Shown: positions 19,441 to 30,873 of the stretch, piece by piece | How the letters are laid out: every line of letters begins with the position of its first letter | How positions within the stretch are numbered: position 1 is the first letter of the stretch | Assembly (NCBI GenBank): GCA_963728565.1 | Contig: CAVSLC010000019.1 | Coordinates: 188,334 to 252,333 of the forward strand | Direction: 5' to 3' | Origin: an uncultured delta proteobacterium | Lineage (GTDB): Bacteria > Desulfobacterota > Binatia > UBA9968 | Length of the DNA: 64,000 bases | The notes under the pieces: model-generated | What the model was told of the DNA's origin: nothing | Database searches by the model: none | The model's input: the letters and a program-made list of their open reading frames with translations, nothing else | Translations under genes and position numbers: made by a program

Positions 19441-22400
19441 ATGCCGAAACGCACCGACATCAAGTCGATCCTGCTGATAAGTTCAGGTCCGATTATAATC
19501 GGCCAAGCTTGCGAGTTCGATTATTCCGGCACACAGGCGCTCAAGGCGCTTAAAGAAGAGGGCTATCGGGTCATTCTCGTCAACTCCAATCCGGCAACCA
19601 TCATGACCGATCCGGAGTTCGCGCATCGGACCTACATCGAGCCTATTACCGCTGATATTGTCGAGAAGGTGATTGCCAAGGAGCGGCCGGACGCGCTTCT
19701 GCCCACGTTGGGCGGACAAACGGCGCTCAATTTGGCCATCGATCTGGCGGAGAAGGGGGTCTTGGCGCGTTACGGCGTCGAGATGATCGGCGCCAAATTG
19801 GAATCAATCAAGAAGGCCGAAGACCGCGATCTGTTCAAGGAAGCGATGAAACGAGCCGGTTTGGATCTGCCGCGCAGCGGCTACGCGCGCAGCATGCGCG
19901 ATGCCATGCGCATTCAGAAGCGGCTCGATTTTCCAGTCATCATCCGCGCCTCGCGCACGCTCGGCGGCAGCGGCGGCAGTTTTGCCTTTGGCCCGGAGGA
20001 GTTCCAAGAGGTGGTGCAAGCGGGCTTGAGCATCTCACCGGTTCACGAAGTGTTGATCGAAGAGTCGATCATCGGCTGGAAAGAGTTCGAGCTCGAGGTC
20101 ATGCGTGATCACAAGGACAACGTGGTGATCATCTGCTCCATCGAAAACTTCGACCCTATGGGCGTGCACACAGGGGACTCGATCACAGTCGCGCCGGCGC
20201 AGACCCTGACCGACAAAGAATATCAGATCATGCGCGATGCCTCGTTGCGCGTGATTCGAGAAATCGGCGTCGAAACCGGCGGTTCCAATATTCAATTCGC
20301 GGTCAATCCGAAGGATGGCCGCATGGTGGTTATCGAGATGAACCCCCGGGTATCGCGAAGCTCGGCATTGGCGAGCAAAGCAACCGGTTTCCCCATCGCC
20401 AAAATTGCCGCGAAGCTGGCAATCGGCTACACGTTGGATGAGATCCGCAACGACATCACCCGGGAAACGCCGGCTTGCTTCGAACCGACTATCGACTATG
20501 TCGTGGTCAAAGTTCCACGCTTCACCTTCGAAAAGTTTCCCCAAGCCAAAGATTTGCTGACGCCGCAGATGAAGTCCGTGGGCGAAGCCATGGCCATTGG
20601 CCGCACCTTTAAGGAGGCGCTGCAAAAATCCATGCGTTCTCTCGAGATCGGTTCGTTTGGCTTTGAGCCTCGGGTAGACCTATCGCTTGATCGACGTGAT
20701 CATGCCTTGAACACGGTTCGTGAGAAACTGAAAAATCCCAATTCACAACGGCTATGGTACTTGGCCGATGCGTTCCGGCTCGACATGCCCGCCGAAGAGA
20801 TCTATGAGCTGTCCCGTTTCGATCCATGGTTCGTCGAAAAGGTGCGCGAGATCGTCGCTACCGAGAGCGAGATCGCGGCGCATCGCGGCAAGTTGAATGA
20901 AGTCAGTAGCGAGGCGATGCGGGATTGGAAACAGATGGGCTTTGCCGACGTGCGCCTTGCCGATCTAACGGGAACGACTGAAGCCGAGGTGCGCCGTCTA
21001 CGAAAGTCTCAGGGCATCGAAGCTGTATTTTGTTCGGTGGATACTTGCGGCGCCGAATTCAAAGCGTTTACCCCTTACCTCTATTCGACTTACGAAGGCG
21101 AAGATGAGTCGAAGCCGACGCATCGCAGGAAAGTCATGATTCTCGGCGGCGGGCCCAATCGGATCGGCCAGGGTATCGAGTTTGATTACTGCTGCGTGCA
21201 TGCCGCCTTTGCTCTCAAAGAAGACGGTTACGAGACTATCATGGTCAATTGCAACCCGGAGACTGTCAGCACGGACTATGACACGTCGGACAAGCTATAC
21301 TTCGAGCCCCTGACCTTGGAAGAGGTTCTGAATATTGTCGATCGGGAAAATCCCGACGGTGTCATCGTTCAATTCGGCGGGCAAACGCCGCTTAAACTGG
21401 CATTGCCGCTAGAACGCGCCGGAGTAAAAATAATCGGCACCTCGCCGGACAGCATCGACCTCGCCGAAGACCGCGAGCGCTTTTCCGCGCTGCTCAAAAG
21501 ACTCGGCATTAGACAACCCGATAACGGCATCGCGCGCTCCTATGAAGAGGCCTTTAACATCGCCGGGCGCTTGGGATATCCGGTGCTGGTTCGACCCTCG
21601 TACGTGCTCGGCGGGCGGGCAATGGAGATCGTTTATGATGCGGAATCGTTGCGGCGCTACATGACCTACGCCGTGTCGGCATCGCCGGAGCACCCGGTTC
21701 TGGTAGATAAATTTCTCGATGATGCCATCGAAGTCGATGTCGATGCTTTGGCGGACGGGGATGAGGTCATCATCGGCGGGATCATGGAACACATCGAGCG
21801 GGCCGGCGTGCACTCTGGCGACAGCGCGTGTAGTTTGCCGCCGAAGTCGATCGGTGCAGAGGTCCAAGACACAATCCGGCAACATAGCATCCTCCTGGCC
21901 AAAGCTCTCAACGTCCGCGGCCTGATGAATGTTCAGTTCGCGGTCCAAGACAATAATGTGTTCGTGCTCGAGGTCAATCCGCGGGCCTCCCGTACGGTTC
22001 CTTTCGTCAGCAAAGCCACCGGCGTGCCTTTGGCAAAGATCGCCGCTCGAGTCATGGTCGGCCGCAAGCTACGCGAACTTGGCCTCACCAATGAGGTAGT
22101 GCCAAAGCACATTTCGGTTAAGGAGGCCGTCTTTCCCTTCAACAAATTTCCCGGAGTCGATACTTTGCTCGGCCCGGAGATGAAATCCACCGGAGAAGTG
22201 ATGGGGATCGATGCCAATTTCGGAGTTGCGTTCGCGAAAGCGCAACTAGGCGGCGGTATGCGGTTGCCGCGTAAAGGGCGGGTGTTTATCAGCGTGCGTG
22301 ACGAAGACAAAAAAATCGCCGCGGCCATTGCGCAGAGACTGCAGCACAGCGGATTTCGGATTATCGCAACACGGGGCACCGCGGCTTTTTTCACAGAGCG

Positions 22401-22680
22401 CGGCATCGCCACCGAGATCGTCAACAAAGTTCAGGACGGCAGCCCGCATATCGGTGATAAGATCAGAACAGGGAAGATTGCCATGGTGGTCAATACGCCG
22501 GCTGATGCGAATTCCCAGGCCGATTCCTATGATCTCCGGCGTGGCGCGCTGGATTTTAATATTCCTTACTTTACGACCATGGCTGGCGCGCAGGCCGCTG
22601 CCGAGGCTATCGAGTATCTGCGCAACAACGACTTCGAAGTTCAAGCGTTACAGGATTATCTCACTCATCCGCTACCGTAA
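19441..22680 (+). CDS. carB: Carbamoyl-phosphate synthase large subunit
   Basis: [21 protein letters not shown], duplicated ATP-grasp domains and an MGS domain. Confidence 0.98.
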   Translation: MPKRTDIKSILLISSGPIIIGQACEFDYSGTQALKALKEEGYRVILVNSNPATIMTDPEFAHRTYIEPITADIVEKVIAKERPDALLPTLGGQTALNLAIDLAEKGVLARYGVEMIGAKLESIKKAEDRDLFKEAMKRAGLDLPRSGYARSMRDAMRIQKRLDFPVIIRASRTLGGSGGSFAFGPEEFQEVVQAGLSISPVHEVLIEESIIGWKEFELEVMRDHKDNVVIICSIENFDPMGVHTGDSITVAPAQTLTDKEYQIMRDASLRVIREIGVETGGSNIQFAVNPKDGRMVVIEMNPRVSRSSALASKATGFPIAKIAAKLAIGYTLDEIRNDITRETPACFEPTIDYVVVKVPRFTFEKFPQAKDLLTPQMKSVGEAMAIGRTFKEALQKSMRSLEIGSFGFEPRVDLSLDRRDHALNTVREKLKNPNSQRLWYLADAFRLDMPAEEIYELSRFDPWFVEKVREIVATESEIAAHRGKLNEVSSEAMRDWKQMGFADVRLADLTGTTEAEVRRLRKSQGIEAVFCSVDTCGAEFKAFTPYLYSTYEGEDESKPTHRRKVMILGGGPNRIGQGIEFDYCCVHAAFALKEDGYETIMVNCNPETVSTDYDTSDKLYFEPLTLEEVLNIVDRENPDGVIVQFGGQTPLKLALPLERAGVKIIGTSPDSIDLAEDRERFSALLKRLGIRQPDNGIARSYEEAFNIAGRLGYPVLVRPSYVLGGRAMEIVYDAESLRRYMTYAVSASPEHPVLVDKFLDDAIEVDVDALADGDEVIIGGIMEHIERAGVHSGDSACSLPPKSIGAEVQDTIRQHSILLAKALNVRGLMNVQFAVQDNNVFVLEVNPRASRTVPFVSKATGVPLAKIAARVMVGRKLRELGLTNEVVPKHISVKEAVFPFNKFPGVDTLLGPEMKSTGEVMGIDANFGVAFAKAQLGGGMRLPRKGRVFISVRDEDKKIAAAIAQRLQHSGFRIIATRGTAAFFTERGIATEIVNKVQDGSPHIGDKIRTGKIAMVVNTPADANSQADSYDLRRGALDFNIPYFTTMAGAQAAAEAIEYLRNNDFEVQALQDYLTHPLP

Positions 22681-22687
22681 CGCCTTC

Positions 22688-24895
22688 ATGAATCTGCCGC
22701 GCCGCCGCGCTATAAAATCGCCGCCAGCAACGAAGGGCAGCGTTTCATCGACGCAAGCCGCCGCCCGCAATCTTCAAACGCCCCTGCGCTATCTCAAAGG
22801 TATCGGTCCCAAGCGCGCCGAGCAGTTGGCCGCCTTCGGGCTGCAAACAGTTGAAGATCTTTTGTACCATCTGCCGTTTCGGTACGAGGACCGGCGCCAT
22901 GTTAAGAACATAGACCAAGGCATCGTCGGCCAAGAGGAAACTTTTATCGGCGCGCTGGCGGCAGTTCAAAAAAAATACAACCCGCGCCGACGCTCACAGA
23001 TTTTGACTGGTCGATTAACTGACCAGAGCGGCGCCATCGGTCTGGTCTGGTATCGCGCGCCTTCGTACCTGGTCAATGCTTTGACTCCCGGACAACGTTT
23101 GGCCGTTCATGGCAGGGTAGAAGCGGGAGTGGGCGGGTTGAGACAGCTTGTCCATCCAGAATTCGACATACTCGAGGGCGACGATTCTTGGAAGGAGCCA
23201 AAGATTCTTCCGGTGTACGAACATCCCGCAACAGTCCCGCTTTCGTTGATGCGCAAGTGGGTTAGCCAAGCGCTTATCGCCTATGGAGGCAAGTTAGGGA
23301 GTCATCTGCCGCTGTCAACCATGCAGCGCCAAAAGTTGATCGATCCAACCGACGCGCTGGTTCAGCTCCATCAGCCGCCGGCGCAGGCAAGCGTGGCGGC
23401 ACTCAATAGCTTTTCCTCACCGGCGCATCGCTCGATCATCTTCGATGAACTCTTTTACCTTCAACTGGGCCTGGCAATCAGGAAGAGAAAGAATCTTGGC
23501 AGCCGCGGCGTTCTTGTCAAACGTGGCGGCGGCCAGTTGACGCAAAAAATGGCGGCGCTCTTGCCCTTTAAGCTGACCGGCGCGCAGCAGCGAGTCTTAG
23601 CGGAGATCACCGACAATATGGAATCTGCCCAGATGATGCAGCGTTTGGTTCAAGGCGACGTCGGCGCCGGCAAGACTATGATTGCCTGGTTCAGTTCGTT
23701 GCGCGTCATTGAAAACGGATTCCAAGCCGTATGGATGGCCCCTACCGAGCTTTTAGCCGAACAACATTATCGCAGTATCCAACCCTACGTCGAGAAACTT
23801 GCAATAAAAGCGAGGCTGGTGACCGGTTCGTTAACGGCCAAAGAACGCAACGCTGCCATCGATGAGATCTCCAAGGGCGGTATTCAGTTGGTCATCGGTA
23901 CCCACGCGCTGATTCAGGAAGGCGTGCAGGTGCCGCGCATGGCCCTGGGTGTCATCGACGAACAGCATCGTTTCGGGGTGGTTCAGCGCCTGGCCCTGCA
24001 ACGCATTACCGGCCGCGCCGATACTGCGATTTCCCTCACAGGACAGCCGCACATGCTGCTGATGAGCGCGACGCCGATTCCCCGCAGTCTCGCGATGGTG
24101 CTCTACGGCGATATGGATATCTCGGTGATCGACGAAATGCCGCCTGGACGACTGCCGGTAAAAACCAAGGTGTTTACCGAGTCACAAAGAAAAACGGTTT
24201 ACTTACGGGTTCTGGATGAATTGCGCCTGGGCCATCAAGTTTTCGTTGTTTACCCGCTGGTGGAAGCCTCGGAACAACTTCAGCATGTTCGCGACGCCAC
24301 ACAGATGGCCGAGAAAATGCGCCAGTCGGTGTTCAAAGATTTTGGCGTTGGCCTGGTACATGGTCGCATGGCTAGCGCCGAGCGAGACCAGATGATGCGC
24401 GCGTTTCGCGACGGAAGCATCCGGGTCTTGGTATCGACCACCGTGATCGAAGTGGGCATCGATATTCCCAACGCCACGGTGATGGTGATTGAGCACGCTG
24501 AGCGGTTCGGCTTGTCGCAATTGCACCAACTCCGCGGCCGCGTCGGCCGCGGCAGCGCGGCCGCCTACTGTCTCCTGGTCAACCGTACGCCGAGAAATCC
24601 GGTTGCGCAGCAACGACTGCGTGTGATGGAGCGCGAGTCGGACGGTTTTCGCATCGCCGAAGCCGATTTGGCGCTGCGCGGGCCGGGCGAATTCTTGGGC
24701 ACACGACAGTCCGGTCTGAGCGATTTTCGTCTTGCCAATCTGGCCCGCGATAGCCGATTGTTGGTCGACGCACGAGCCGAAGCGCAGGCTTGGCTGCAAA
24801 GTGATCCGGAGCTCAAAAGCCGCGAGTCGCAAGAGATGCGCCGGATTCTGCTCCAGCGTTGGGGTCAACGTTTACAGTTGGGCGCCGTCGGTTAG
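22688..24895 (+). CDS. recG: ATP-dependent DNA helicase RecG
   Basis: LKGIGPKRA wedge start, QGDVGAGKT, DEQHRFG, MSATPIPRSL and HQLRGRVGRG. Confidence 0.96.
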   Translation: MNLPRRRAIKSPPATKGSVSSTQAAARNLQTPLRYLKGIGPKRAEQLAAFGLQTVEDLLYHLPFRYEDRRHVKNIDQGIVGQEETFIGALAAVQKKYNPRRRSQILTGRLTDQSGAIGLVWYRAPSYLVNALTPGQRLAVHGRVEAGVGGLRQLVHPEFDILEGDDSWKEPKILPVYEHPATVPLSLMRKWVSQALIAYGGKLGSHLPLSTMQRQKLIDPTDALVQLHQPPAQASVAALNSFSSPAHRSIIFDELFYLQLGLAIRKRKNLGSRGVLVKRGGGQLTQKMAALLPFKLTGAQQRVLAEITDNMESAQMMQRLVQGDVGAGKTMIAWFSSLRVIENGFQAVWMAPTELLAEQHYRSIQPYVEKLAIKARLVTGSLTAKERNAAIDEISKGGIQLVIGTHALIQEGVQVPRMALGVIDEQHRFGVVQRLALQRITGRADTAISLTGQPHMLLMSATPIPRSLAMVLYGDMDISVIDEMPPGRLPVKTKVFTESQRKTVYLRVLDELRLGHQVFVVYPLVEASEQLQHVRDATQMAEKMRQSVFKDFGVGLVHGRMASAERDQMMRAFRDGSIRVLVSTTVIEVGIDIPNATVMVIEHAERFGLSQLHQLRGRVGRGSAAAYCLLVNRTPRNPVAQQRLRVMERESDGFRIAEADLALRGPGEFLGTRQSGLSDFRLANLARDSRLLVDARAEAQAWLQSDPELKSRESQEMRRILLQRWGQRLQLGAVG

Positions 24896-25217
24896 CAAAG
24901 CAGATAGACGATCAAGACGCGAGCCTTCAGGTATACTTGGAGACAATCCGAGCGCCAAGCCAGCTCAAAGCAGGTCATTGAAGCTGTTCGTTCCGATGCT
25001 TTCACCGCTCCAGCTGGCGCCTTGATCGCGCAATGGCGGATCTTGTTCAGGGAGCAATGATCACGATTTCAACTGCCGGCGAAACGGTCAGATCGTCGAA
25101 ACTGCGTGTCTTTTGCGCTGCTTCATGTCAGAATTGGCGCGGTCTAAAGTTGCGCCAGAATGGCCGATAGCCTATAAAAGCAACGAAAGGTTTTTACCAG
25201 AAACGAGGTAGCGTCGA

Positions 25218-26396
25218 GTGGAATTTCAGCGCATCAAGCGGCTGCCGCCGTATGTGTTTAGCATCATCGATGGCATGAAGATGCAGGCGCGTCACCGCGG
25301 CGAAGACATTGTTGACTTCGGTATGGGTAACCCCGATCTGCCGACGCCGCCCCATGTGGTGGCAAAGCTTATCGAAGCGGCAAGCAAACCGCAGAACCAT
25401 CGGTATTCGGTGTCGCGCGGCATCTACAAACTGCGCGTGGCAATCTCAGATTGGTATCAGCGGCGCTACCAAGTCGATATTGATCCAGATGCCGAAGCCA
25501 TCGTCACCATCGGCGCCAAAGAAGGATTGTCTCATCTAGCTTGGGCCACCATCGATCCCGGCGACGTGGTGTTGTGCCCCAGCCCGACTTATCCGATTCA
25601 CCAGTACGCGGTGGTTCTGGCCGGAGGGGATCTTCGTTGCATTCCGCTGATTACCAGTGAAGACTTTTTCGGCCATCTCGAAGAAGCCATCAAGCAGACC
25701 TGGCCCAAGCCGAAAATGTTGATCATCAGTTTCCCCCATAATCCGACCACTGAAGTCGTCGAGCTGGGCTTTTTTGAGCGCATCGTCCAGTTTGCCAAAG
25801 AGTACGACCTAATCGTTGTACACGATTTGGCGTACGCCGATCTCACATTTGACGGCTATCGGGCGCCGAGTTTTCTGCAGGTACCCGGAGCGAAGGAGGT
25901 TGGGGTAGAGTTCTTCTCGCTTTCCAAAAGCTACAACATGCCAGGTTGGCGCGTCGGCTTCGCCGTCGGCAACAAAGATGTCATTCATGCGCTGGCACGG
26001 ATCAAAAGCTATCTCGACTACGGGATCTTCCAGCCGGTGCAAATCGCGGCCATACAGGCGTTAAACGGACCGCAGGATTGTGTCGAGGAAATACGCTTAA
26101 TGTATCAAAGACGGCGTGACTGCTTGATCGATGGTCTGGTCCGCGCCGGTTGGCCGATCAGAAAACCGAAGGGCACGATGTTCGTGTGGGCCGAAATTCC
26201 CCAAGCCGCGAAAAAAATGGGTTCCATCGAATTTGCCAAATTTATCCTGCAAGAAGCCAAAGTGGCGGTATCCCCCGGCATCGGATTCGGACAGTATGGC
26301 GACGATCACGTCCGGTTCGCCTTGATCGAGAACGAGCATCGAACTAAGCAGGCGGTTCGCAACATCAAGCGCGCTCTCGGCAGGTTGCTGGATTAG
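25218..26396 (+). CDS. alaC: PLP-dependent aminotransferase class I (AlaC/YfdZ type)
   Basis: [27 protein letters not shown] and [12 protein letters not shown]. It lies upstream of hom, a common context for this family. Confidence 0.8.
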   Translation: MEFQRIKRLPPYVFSIIDGMKMQARHRGEDIVDFGMGNPDLPTPPHVVAKLIEAASKPQNHRYSVSRGIYKLRVAISDWYQRRYQVDIDPDAEAIVTIGAKEGLSHLAWATIDPGDVVLCPSPTYPIHQYAVVLAGGDLRCIPLITSEDFFGHLEEAIKQTWPKPKMLIISFPHNPTTEVVELGFFERIVQFAKEYDLIVVHDLAYADLTFDGYRAPSFLQVPGAKEVGVEFFSLSKSYNMPGWRVGFAVGNKDVIHALARIKSYLDYGIFQPVQIAAIQALNGPQDCVEEIRLMYQRRRDCLIDGLVRAGWPIRKPKGTMFVWAEIPQAAKKMGSIEFAKFILQEAKVAVSPGIGFGQYGDDHVRFALIENEHRTKQAVRNIKRALGRLLD

Positions 26397-26446
26397 CGCG
26401 CCGCTAAAACGGCTCAGGCGGAACTCCAAATAGCTTTCATACTTCG

Positions 26447-27835
26447 ATGACTGCACGGCGTAAAATAGGCGTCGGTTTGTTGGGTGCCGGTGTCGTCGGC
26501 GAAGCCATTCAGGACGCTCTTCTCGGCGGATCCCAGGGTAGAGTCGGCGATGATTTGGAACTCGAAGTCCGCAAGATCTACACTCGCAATCCCAACAGCA
26601 AAAAGTGGTTCAAGCTTCGTCCCGAGCTCTTCAGCTCGCAAGCAATCGAGGTGATTGACGATCCTACAGTGGAAATCGTCATAGAAACGCTGGGATTTCA
26701 GGAGCCCGGTGATCTCGCGATTTTCCGTGATTACATCCTGCGAGCTTTCGAAAAGGGCAAATCGGTGGTGACCTCCGATAAGGCGGTACTGGCGCGCTAT
26801 GGCGCGGAAATCTGGGCAGCGGCGCAGCGGAGCGGACGGCACTTGCGTTTCGAGGCCTGCGTTGGCGGGGGCATTCCGGTCATTCGATCGCTCACTGAAA
26901 GCTTCGCCATCGAAGAACCCGAAGCGGTCTTTGGCATTGTCAACGGCACCTGCAATTACATCCTGTCGCAAATGGAGAAGACCGCCAAACCCTATGCCGA
27001 AGCGCTCAAGGAGGCGCAGCAGAAAGGCTATGCTGAAACCAATCCGACGGCGGACGTAAGCGGCAGCGACGCCGAAGCCAAGTTAATGTTATTGAGCGCA
27101 GTGGTCTTCGGACTTCAACTGCAGCCGGGTACCACGTGGCGCAAGGGTATAGAAGATATTCATGCGGTCGATTTTCGCTACGCCGGACGTACCGGGTCGA
27201 GCACGATCAAACATCTGGCAGTGGCAAAGCGAATCGGCTCGTCGGTTCAGGTGTTTGTCTCCCCGGTTTTGATGCCGCACGGCAATCTCCTCGCCGATAT
27301 CGATGGCGCAACTAACGCAATCTGCTTTAGTGGCAAAAAAAGCGGCGGCATACGTCGGGATCGCGATTGCGACTATGTGCTGGTCGGTCCGGGCGCAGGC
27401 GGTGGTCCGACGGCTGTCGCCGTACTTGGCGACGTCTGTGAACTGGCGCGAGCCCAACCGGCGTGGTTTACCGGCTTGCCGAGCCTGGTGCAGTCGGGAA
27501 GACTTGCGCTGCAGCCGCAAGACGATATCGATGGCTCTTTCTATGTTCGTTTTATCGTCAAGGATCGCCCTGGCATCGTTGGCGACATCGGTCAAACGTT
27601 TGGCGCTCTCGGAGTAAATATCGCAGAGATCTGGCAGCTCAGACACAGCGATGACGAGCGGCAAGGCTTGGCCCGCAGTTATAATCTAAAAGAAAACTTC
27701 AAGGAACTTTTGCCTTTCGTGATAACTCTCGAGCGAGCGACCTTGCGTCAAGTCCGTGCCGCTCTGGATTCGGTGCGCGCTCGAGATTATATCGTAGTTG
27801 ATCCTGTTTGGTTTCCGATCTGGGCCGCGAGGTGA
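26447..27835 (+). CDS. hom: Homoserine dehydrogenase with C-terminal ACT domain
   Basis: GLLGAGVVG, FEACVGGGIP, GIVNGTCNYIL, GPGAGGGPTA and DRPGIVG. Confidence 0.92.
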   Translation: MTARRKIGVGLLGAGVVGEAIQDALLGGSQGRVGDDLELEVRKIYTRNPNSKKWFKLRPELFSSQAIEVIDDPTVEIVIETLGFQEPGDLAIFRDYILRAFEKGKSVVTSDKAVLARYGAEIWAAAQRSGRHLRFEACVGGGIPVIRSLTESFAIEEPEAVFGIVNGTCNYILSQMEKTAKPYAEALKEAQQKGYAETNPTADVSGSDAEAKLMLLSAVVFGLQLQPGTTWRKGIEDIHAVDFRYAGRTGSSTIKHLAVAKRIGSSVQVFVSPVLMPHGNLLADIDGATNAICFSGKKSGGIRRDRDCDYVLVGPGAGGGPTAVAVLGDVCELARAQPAWFTGLPSLVQSGRLALQPQDDIDGSFYVRFIVKDRPGIVGDIGQTFGALGVNIAEIWQLRHSDDERQGLARSYNLKENFKELLPFVITLERATLRQVRAALDSVRARDYIVVDPVWFPIWAAR

Positions 27836-27919
27836 GATTGTCCAGGTTGTGCCGAGGTGAAGAAATTAAACATCCGCAGTAAGTTGCGGGGAATCAAACG
27901 CAGCGATGAGAGTTTTCTT

Positions 27920-27995
27920 CGTCACCGCCCAATGTTTCAATCGGGGCCCAGTCAGAGTTTGCCTGGATTCCCGCTAAAAGCATGCGGGAATGACG
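27920..27995. repeat. REP-like palindrome
   Basis: Hairpin ATTCCCGC-TAAAAGCAT-GCGGGAAT (27967-27991) enclosed by CGTCA...TGACG ends. Confidence 0.5.
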
Positions 27996-28055
27996 GCGTA
28001 AGGATTCACTCTTGCGCGAGAATTAACGGCAGCGCTCAAAGCGGAATCAGCACAA

Positions 28056-29276
28056 ATGAAATTCATCATTCTTCAGGGTGACGGCATGGCGGACTATCCG
28101 CTCGACGTTCTTGGCGGCAAGACTCCTCTCGAAGCTGCCAGGACGCCGAACATGGATTGGCTCGCGGCGCGCGGCGTGTTTGGCTTGGCTCACGTGATTC
28201 CGAAAGGCTTCCCGCCCGGCAGCGACGTCGGCAATATGAGTATCATGGGCTACGATCCCGCGCTGTATCACACCGGGCGTTCGCCTTTGGAAGCTGCCAG
28301 CATGGGAGTTGCGCTTGGACCCAGGGATATCGCGTTCCGCTGTAATCTGGTTACTTTGACCGGCTCCGGCAGTGATATCGTGATGCAGGACTTTACCGCC
28401 GGTCATATCACCACTGAAGAAGCTCGAACGATTATAGCCGACCTGGCAGGCGCGCTCGGTGGTGATGGTATCGAGTTCTTTGCCGGCGTCAGCTACCGGC
28501 ACCTGATGGTTTGGCGCGACGGCAAGGAAAAGATGCGAACAACCCCGCCGCACGATATCACCGATCAAAAAATTTGCGGCTTCATGCCCGCCGGCGATGG
28601 CGCTGATCGATTGCTCAAGCTCATGGAAGCTTCGCAGGCGGTTCTCGCCGATCACCCAGTCAATCAAACGCGCCAGACTCAAGGTCAACGAAGCGCCACC
28701 AGCATTTGGTTGTGGGGGCAGGGCCGGGCGCCGGCGCTGCCCCCTTTGACGAAGCGCTTCGGCATCAAAGGCGGCGTTATCTCCGCGGTAGACATTATTC
28801 ACGGTCTTGGCGTTTACGCCGGCCTCCAACGGATCGATGTGCCGGGCATCACCGGGTTTTTGGATACTAATTATCGTGGCAAAGGTGAGTACGGCGTCAA
28901 ATCGCTCGAGAACAACGATTTCGTTTTTATCCACGTCGAAGCCACCGACGAGGCCGGCCATATGGGTGATGTCGAGAAAAAAATCCAGGCGCTCGAGGAT
29001 TTCGATGAAAAGGTTGTCGGCACCGTGCTCAAAGGAATGGCCCACAGAAAGGATTGGCGTGTTCTATTGATGCCCGACCATCCAACTGCGATCGCGCTCA
29101 AGACCCACGTTTCTGATCCAGTGCCCTTCGTGCTTTATTCTCCGCAAGAGCCTCGCAATAACGGCGCTGTCGGGTACAATGAGAGGGACGCTGCGAAAAC
29201 CGGCGTGGTCGCCAAGCAAGCCTTCAAGCTCATGGAGGCGTTAATCGAGGGGAGGCAAACGTGGACCGAAATTTAG
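28056..29276 (+). CDS. apgM: Cofactor-independent phosphoglycerate mutase, ApgM type (subfamily proposed as an alternative homoserine kinase)
   Basis: GDGMAD, KTPLEAARTPNMD, PGSDVGN, HVEATDEAGH and PDHPT. Confidence 0.85.
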   Translation: MKFIILQGDGMADYPLDVLGGKTPLEAARTPNMDWLAARGVFGLAHVIPKGFPPGSDVGNMSIMGYDPALYHTGRSPLEAASMGVALGPRDIAFRCNLVTLTGSGSDIVMQDFTAGHITTEEARTIIADLAGALGGDGIEFFAGVSYRHLMVWRDGKEKMRTTPPHDITDQKICGFMPAGDGADRLLKLMEASQAVLADHPVNQTRQTQGQRSATSIWLWGQGRAPALPPLTKRFGIKGGVISAVDIIHGLGVYAGLQRIDVPGITGFLDTNYRGKGEYGVKSLENNDFVFIHVEATDEAGHMGDVEKKIQALEDFDEKVVGTVLKGMAHRKDWRVLLMPDHPTAIALKTHVSDPVPFVLYSPQEPRNNGAVGYNERDAAKTGVVAKQAFKLMEALIEGRQTWTEI

Positions 29277-30211
29277 CTTTGGAAGCGATCCGAGTTACCG
29301 AAGCGGCCGCCTTGAGTTGTGCTCGTTTAACCGGACGTGGAGATGAAAAAGCCGCAGATCAGGCGGCGGTGGACGCGATGCGCAGGGCGTTTGATGCGCT
29401 GCCTATCGATGGCACGGTGGTCATCGGCGAAGGTGAACGCGACGAAGCACCGATGCTCTATATCGGCGAGAAGGTCGGTTCCGGTGGTCCGAAAGTCGAC
29501 ATCGCCCTGGACCCGCTGGAAGGCACGACGATTTGCGCCACCGGGGCGCCCAATGCTTTGGCGGTTATCGCCATGGCCGACGGCGGCAACCTGCTGCACT
29601 GCCCGGACACCTACATGGAGAAGATTGCCGTCGGACCAGTCGGTAAAGGTGTCGTCGATTTGAACAAAACGCCGACTCAGAATCTTCAGGCTCTGGCGGA
29701 GGCTAAACGCTGCAACATCGAGGACCTCACGGTTATCATTTTATCCCGCCCCAGACATGAAGCGATCATCAAAGAAGTGCGCCAGGCGGGAGCGCGGATT
29801 CGCCTCATCGGTGATGGCGATGTCTCTGCAGCGATTGCGACGACCAAGCCGGAGACCGGCATCGATCTCTTGCTTGGCATTGGCGGCGCGCCGGAAGGCG
29901 TGCTCGCCGCGGCGGCGTTGCGCTGTGTCGGCGGCGAATTCCAAGGTCGCCTGGCGCCGCGCAACAATGAAGAAATCGAGCGCGCAAAAAAAATGGGCGT
30001 TGGCGACATCAAGAAGAAGTTTTCGATCGAGGAATTGGCCGCGGGCGACGTGATGTTCGCGGCCACCGGGGTCACCGATGGCGATTATCTCGATGGCGTC
30101 CATTTCTTCCCCGGCGGCGCGACGACGCAATCGGTGGTGATGCGTTCGAAGACTCGCACGATTCGCATTATCAACGCCACCCACTATTTCGATCATAAGC
30201 CGAATTACTAA
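29261..30211 (+). CDS. glpX: Fructose-1,6-bisphosphatase class II
   Basis: RVTEAAA, VIGEGERDEAPML, DPLEGT and GIGGAPEGV. Confidence 0.95.
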   Translation: MDRNLALEAIRVTEAAALSCARLTGRGDEKAADQAAVDAMRRAFDALPIDGTVVIGEGERDEAPMLYIGEKVGSGGPKVDIALDPLEGTTICATGAPNALAVIAMADGGNLLHCPDTYMEKIAVGPVGKGVVDLNKTPTQNLQALAEAKRCNIEDLTVIILSRPRHEAIIKEVRQAGARIRLIGDGDVSAAIATTKPETGIDLLLGIGGAPEGVLAAAALRCVGGEFQGRLAPRNNEEIERAKKMGVGDIKKKFSIEELAAGDVMFAATGVTDGDYLDGVHFFPGGATTQSVVMRSKTRTIRIINATHYFDHKPNY

Positions 30212-30355
30212 AATCCCGCGCAGAAGAACAATTGGCCTCGTTGGCGCAATCGCCTCGGTTCGACGTACTGAGCAGTACGCTCTCGCTCCTCGATATTTTC
30301 GAAATATCTGAGCACCCTGCAGAGTCAGTGAAGTGATCGGTGATCGATTTCTACT

Positions 30356-30652
30356 GTGGCAAAACGGAAAACAAGGAAAATAAGAAAGAGAAGCGCGGTT
30401 AAAACCCTTCTCCTTTTCGTGCTTGGGCCCCTGATTATCTGGGCGCTAGCTTTCCTTGGTTGGCTATATTGGAACGAGATTGCAAAGGGTTTGGCACCGG
30501 GAGAAGATCATCCTGCGCCTGCCGCCAAGACCGTGCGCAGCTTAGACAAAGATGAAAGCCGTGGTCGCTCGAATGATACGCGCGCAAAGGAAAAGATTTC
30601 GGACGCGGACCGGAAGAAGTTGGACGAGATTATTCGAAAAGAAAATCGCTGA
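30356..30652 (+). CDS. Small single-pass membrane protein
   Basis: Basic N-terminus, one hydrophobic helix and a charged C-terminus. Confidence 0.6.
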   Translation: MAKRKTRKIRKRSAVKTLLLFVLGPLIIWALAFLGWLYWNEIAKGLAPGEDHPAPAAKTVRSLDKDESRGRSNDTRAKEKISDADRKKLDEIIRKENR

Positions 30653-30873
30653 GGCATACGCGGTCTTCTAGGCAGCGATCGCGCTTACGATCGCGGTTTG
30701 CCTGGCCGAATCGTTTGAGCGCCATTGGTCGCATGACCCGATCGCGCAGGATCAGCAAGATCCCTAACGTTCAAAGCTGGGGTCTCAGACATTCATTGCT
30801 CTTTCCAAACTTTGCAATCGAGTTGACGGTGGCCTATTGCCGTAGATGAGGCCCAGGGCCGGACAGGTATCGA

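Noticed and set aside
22298-22687. N-terminal extension of recG in the ORF track
   Set aside because: It overlaps the 3' end of carB in another frame. ATG 22688 follows the carB stop and precedes the RecG motifs.
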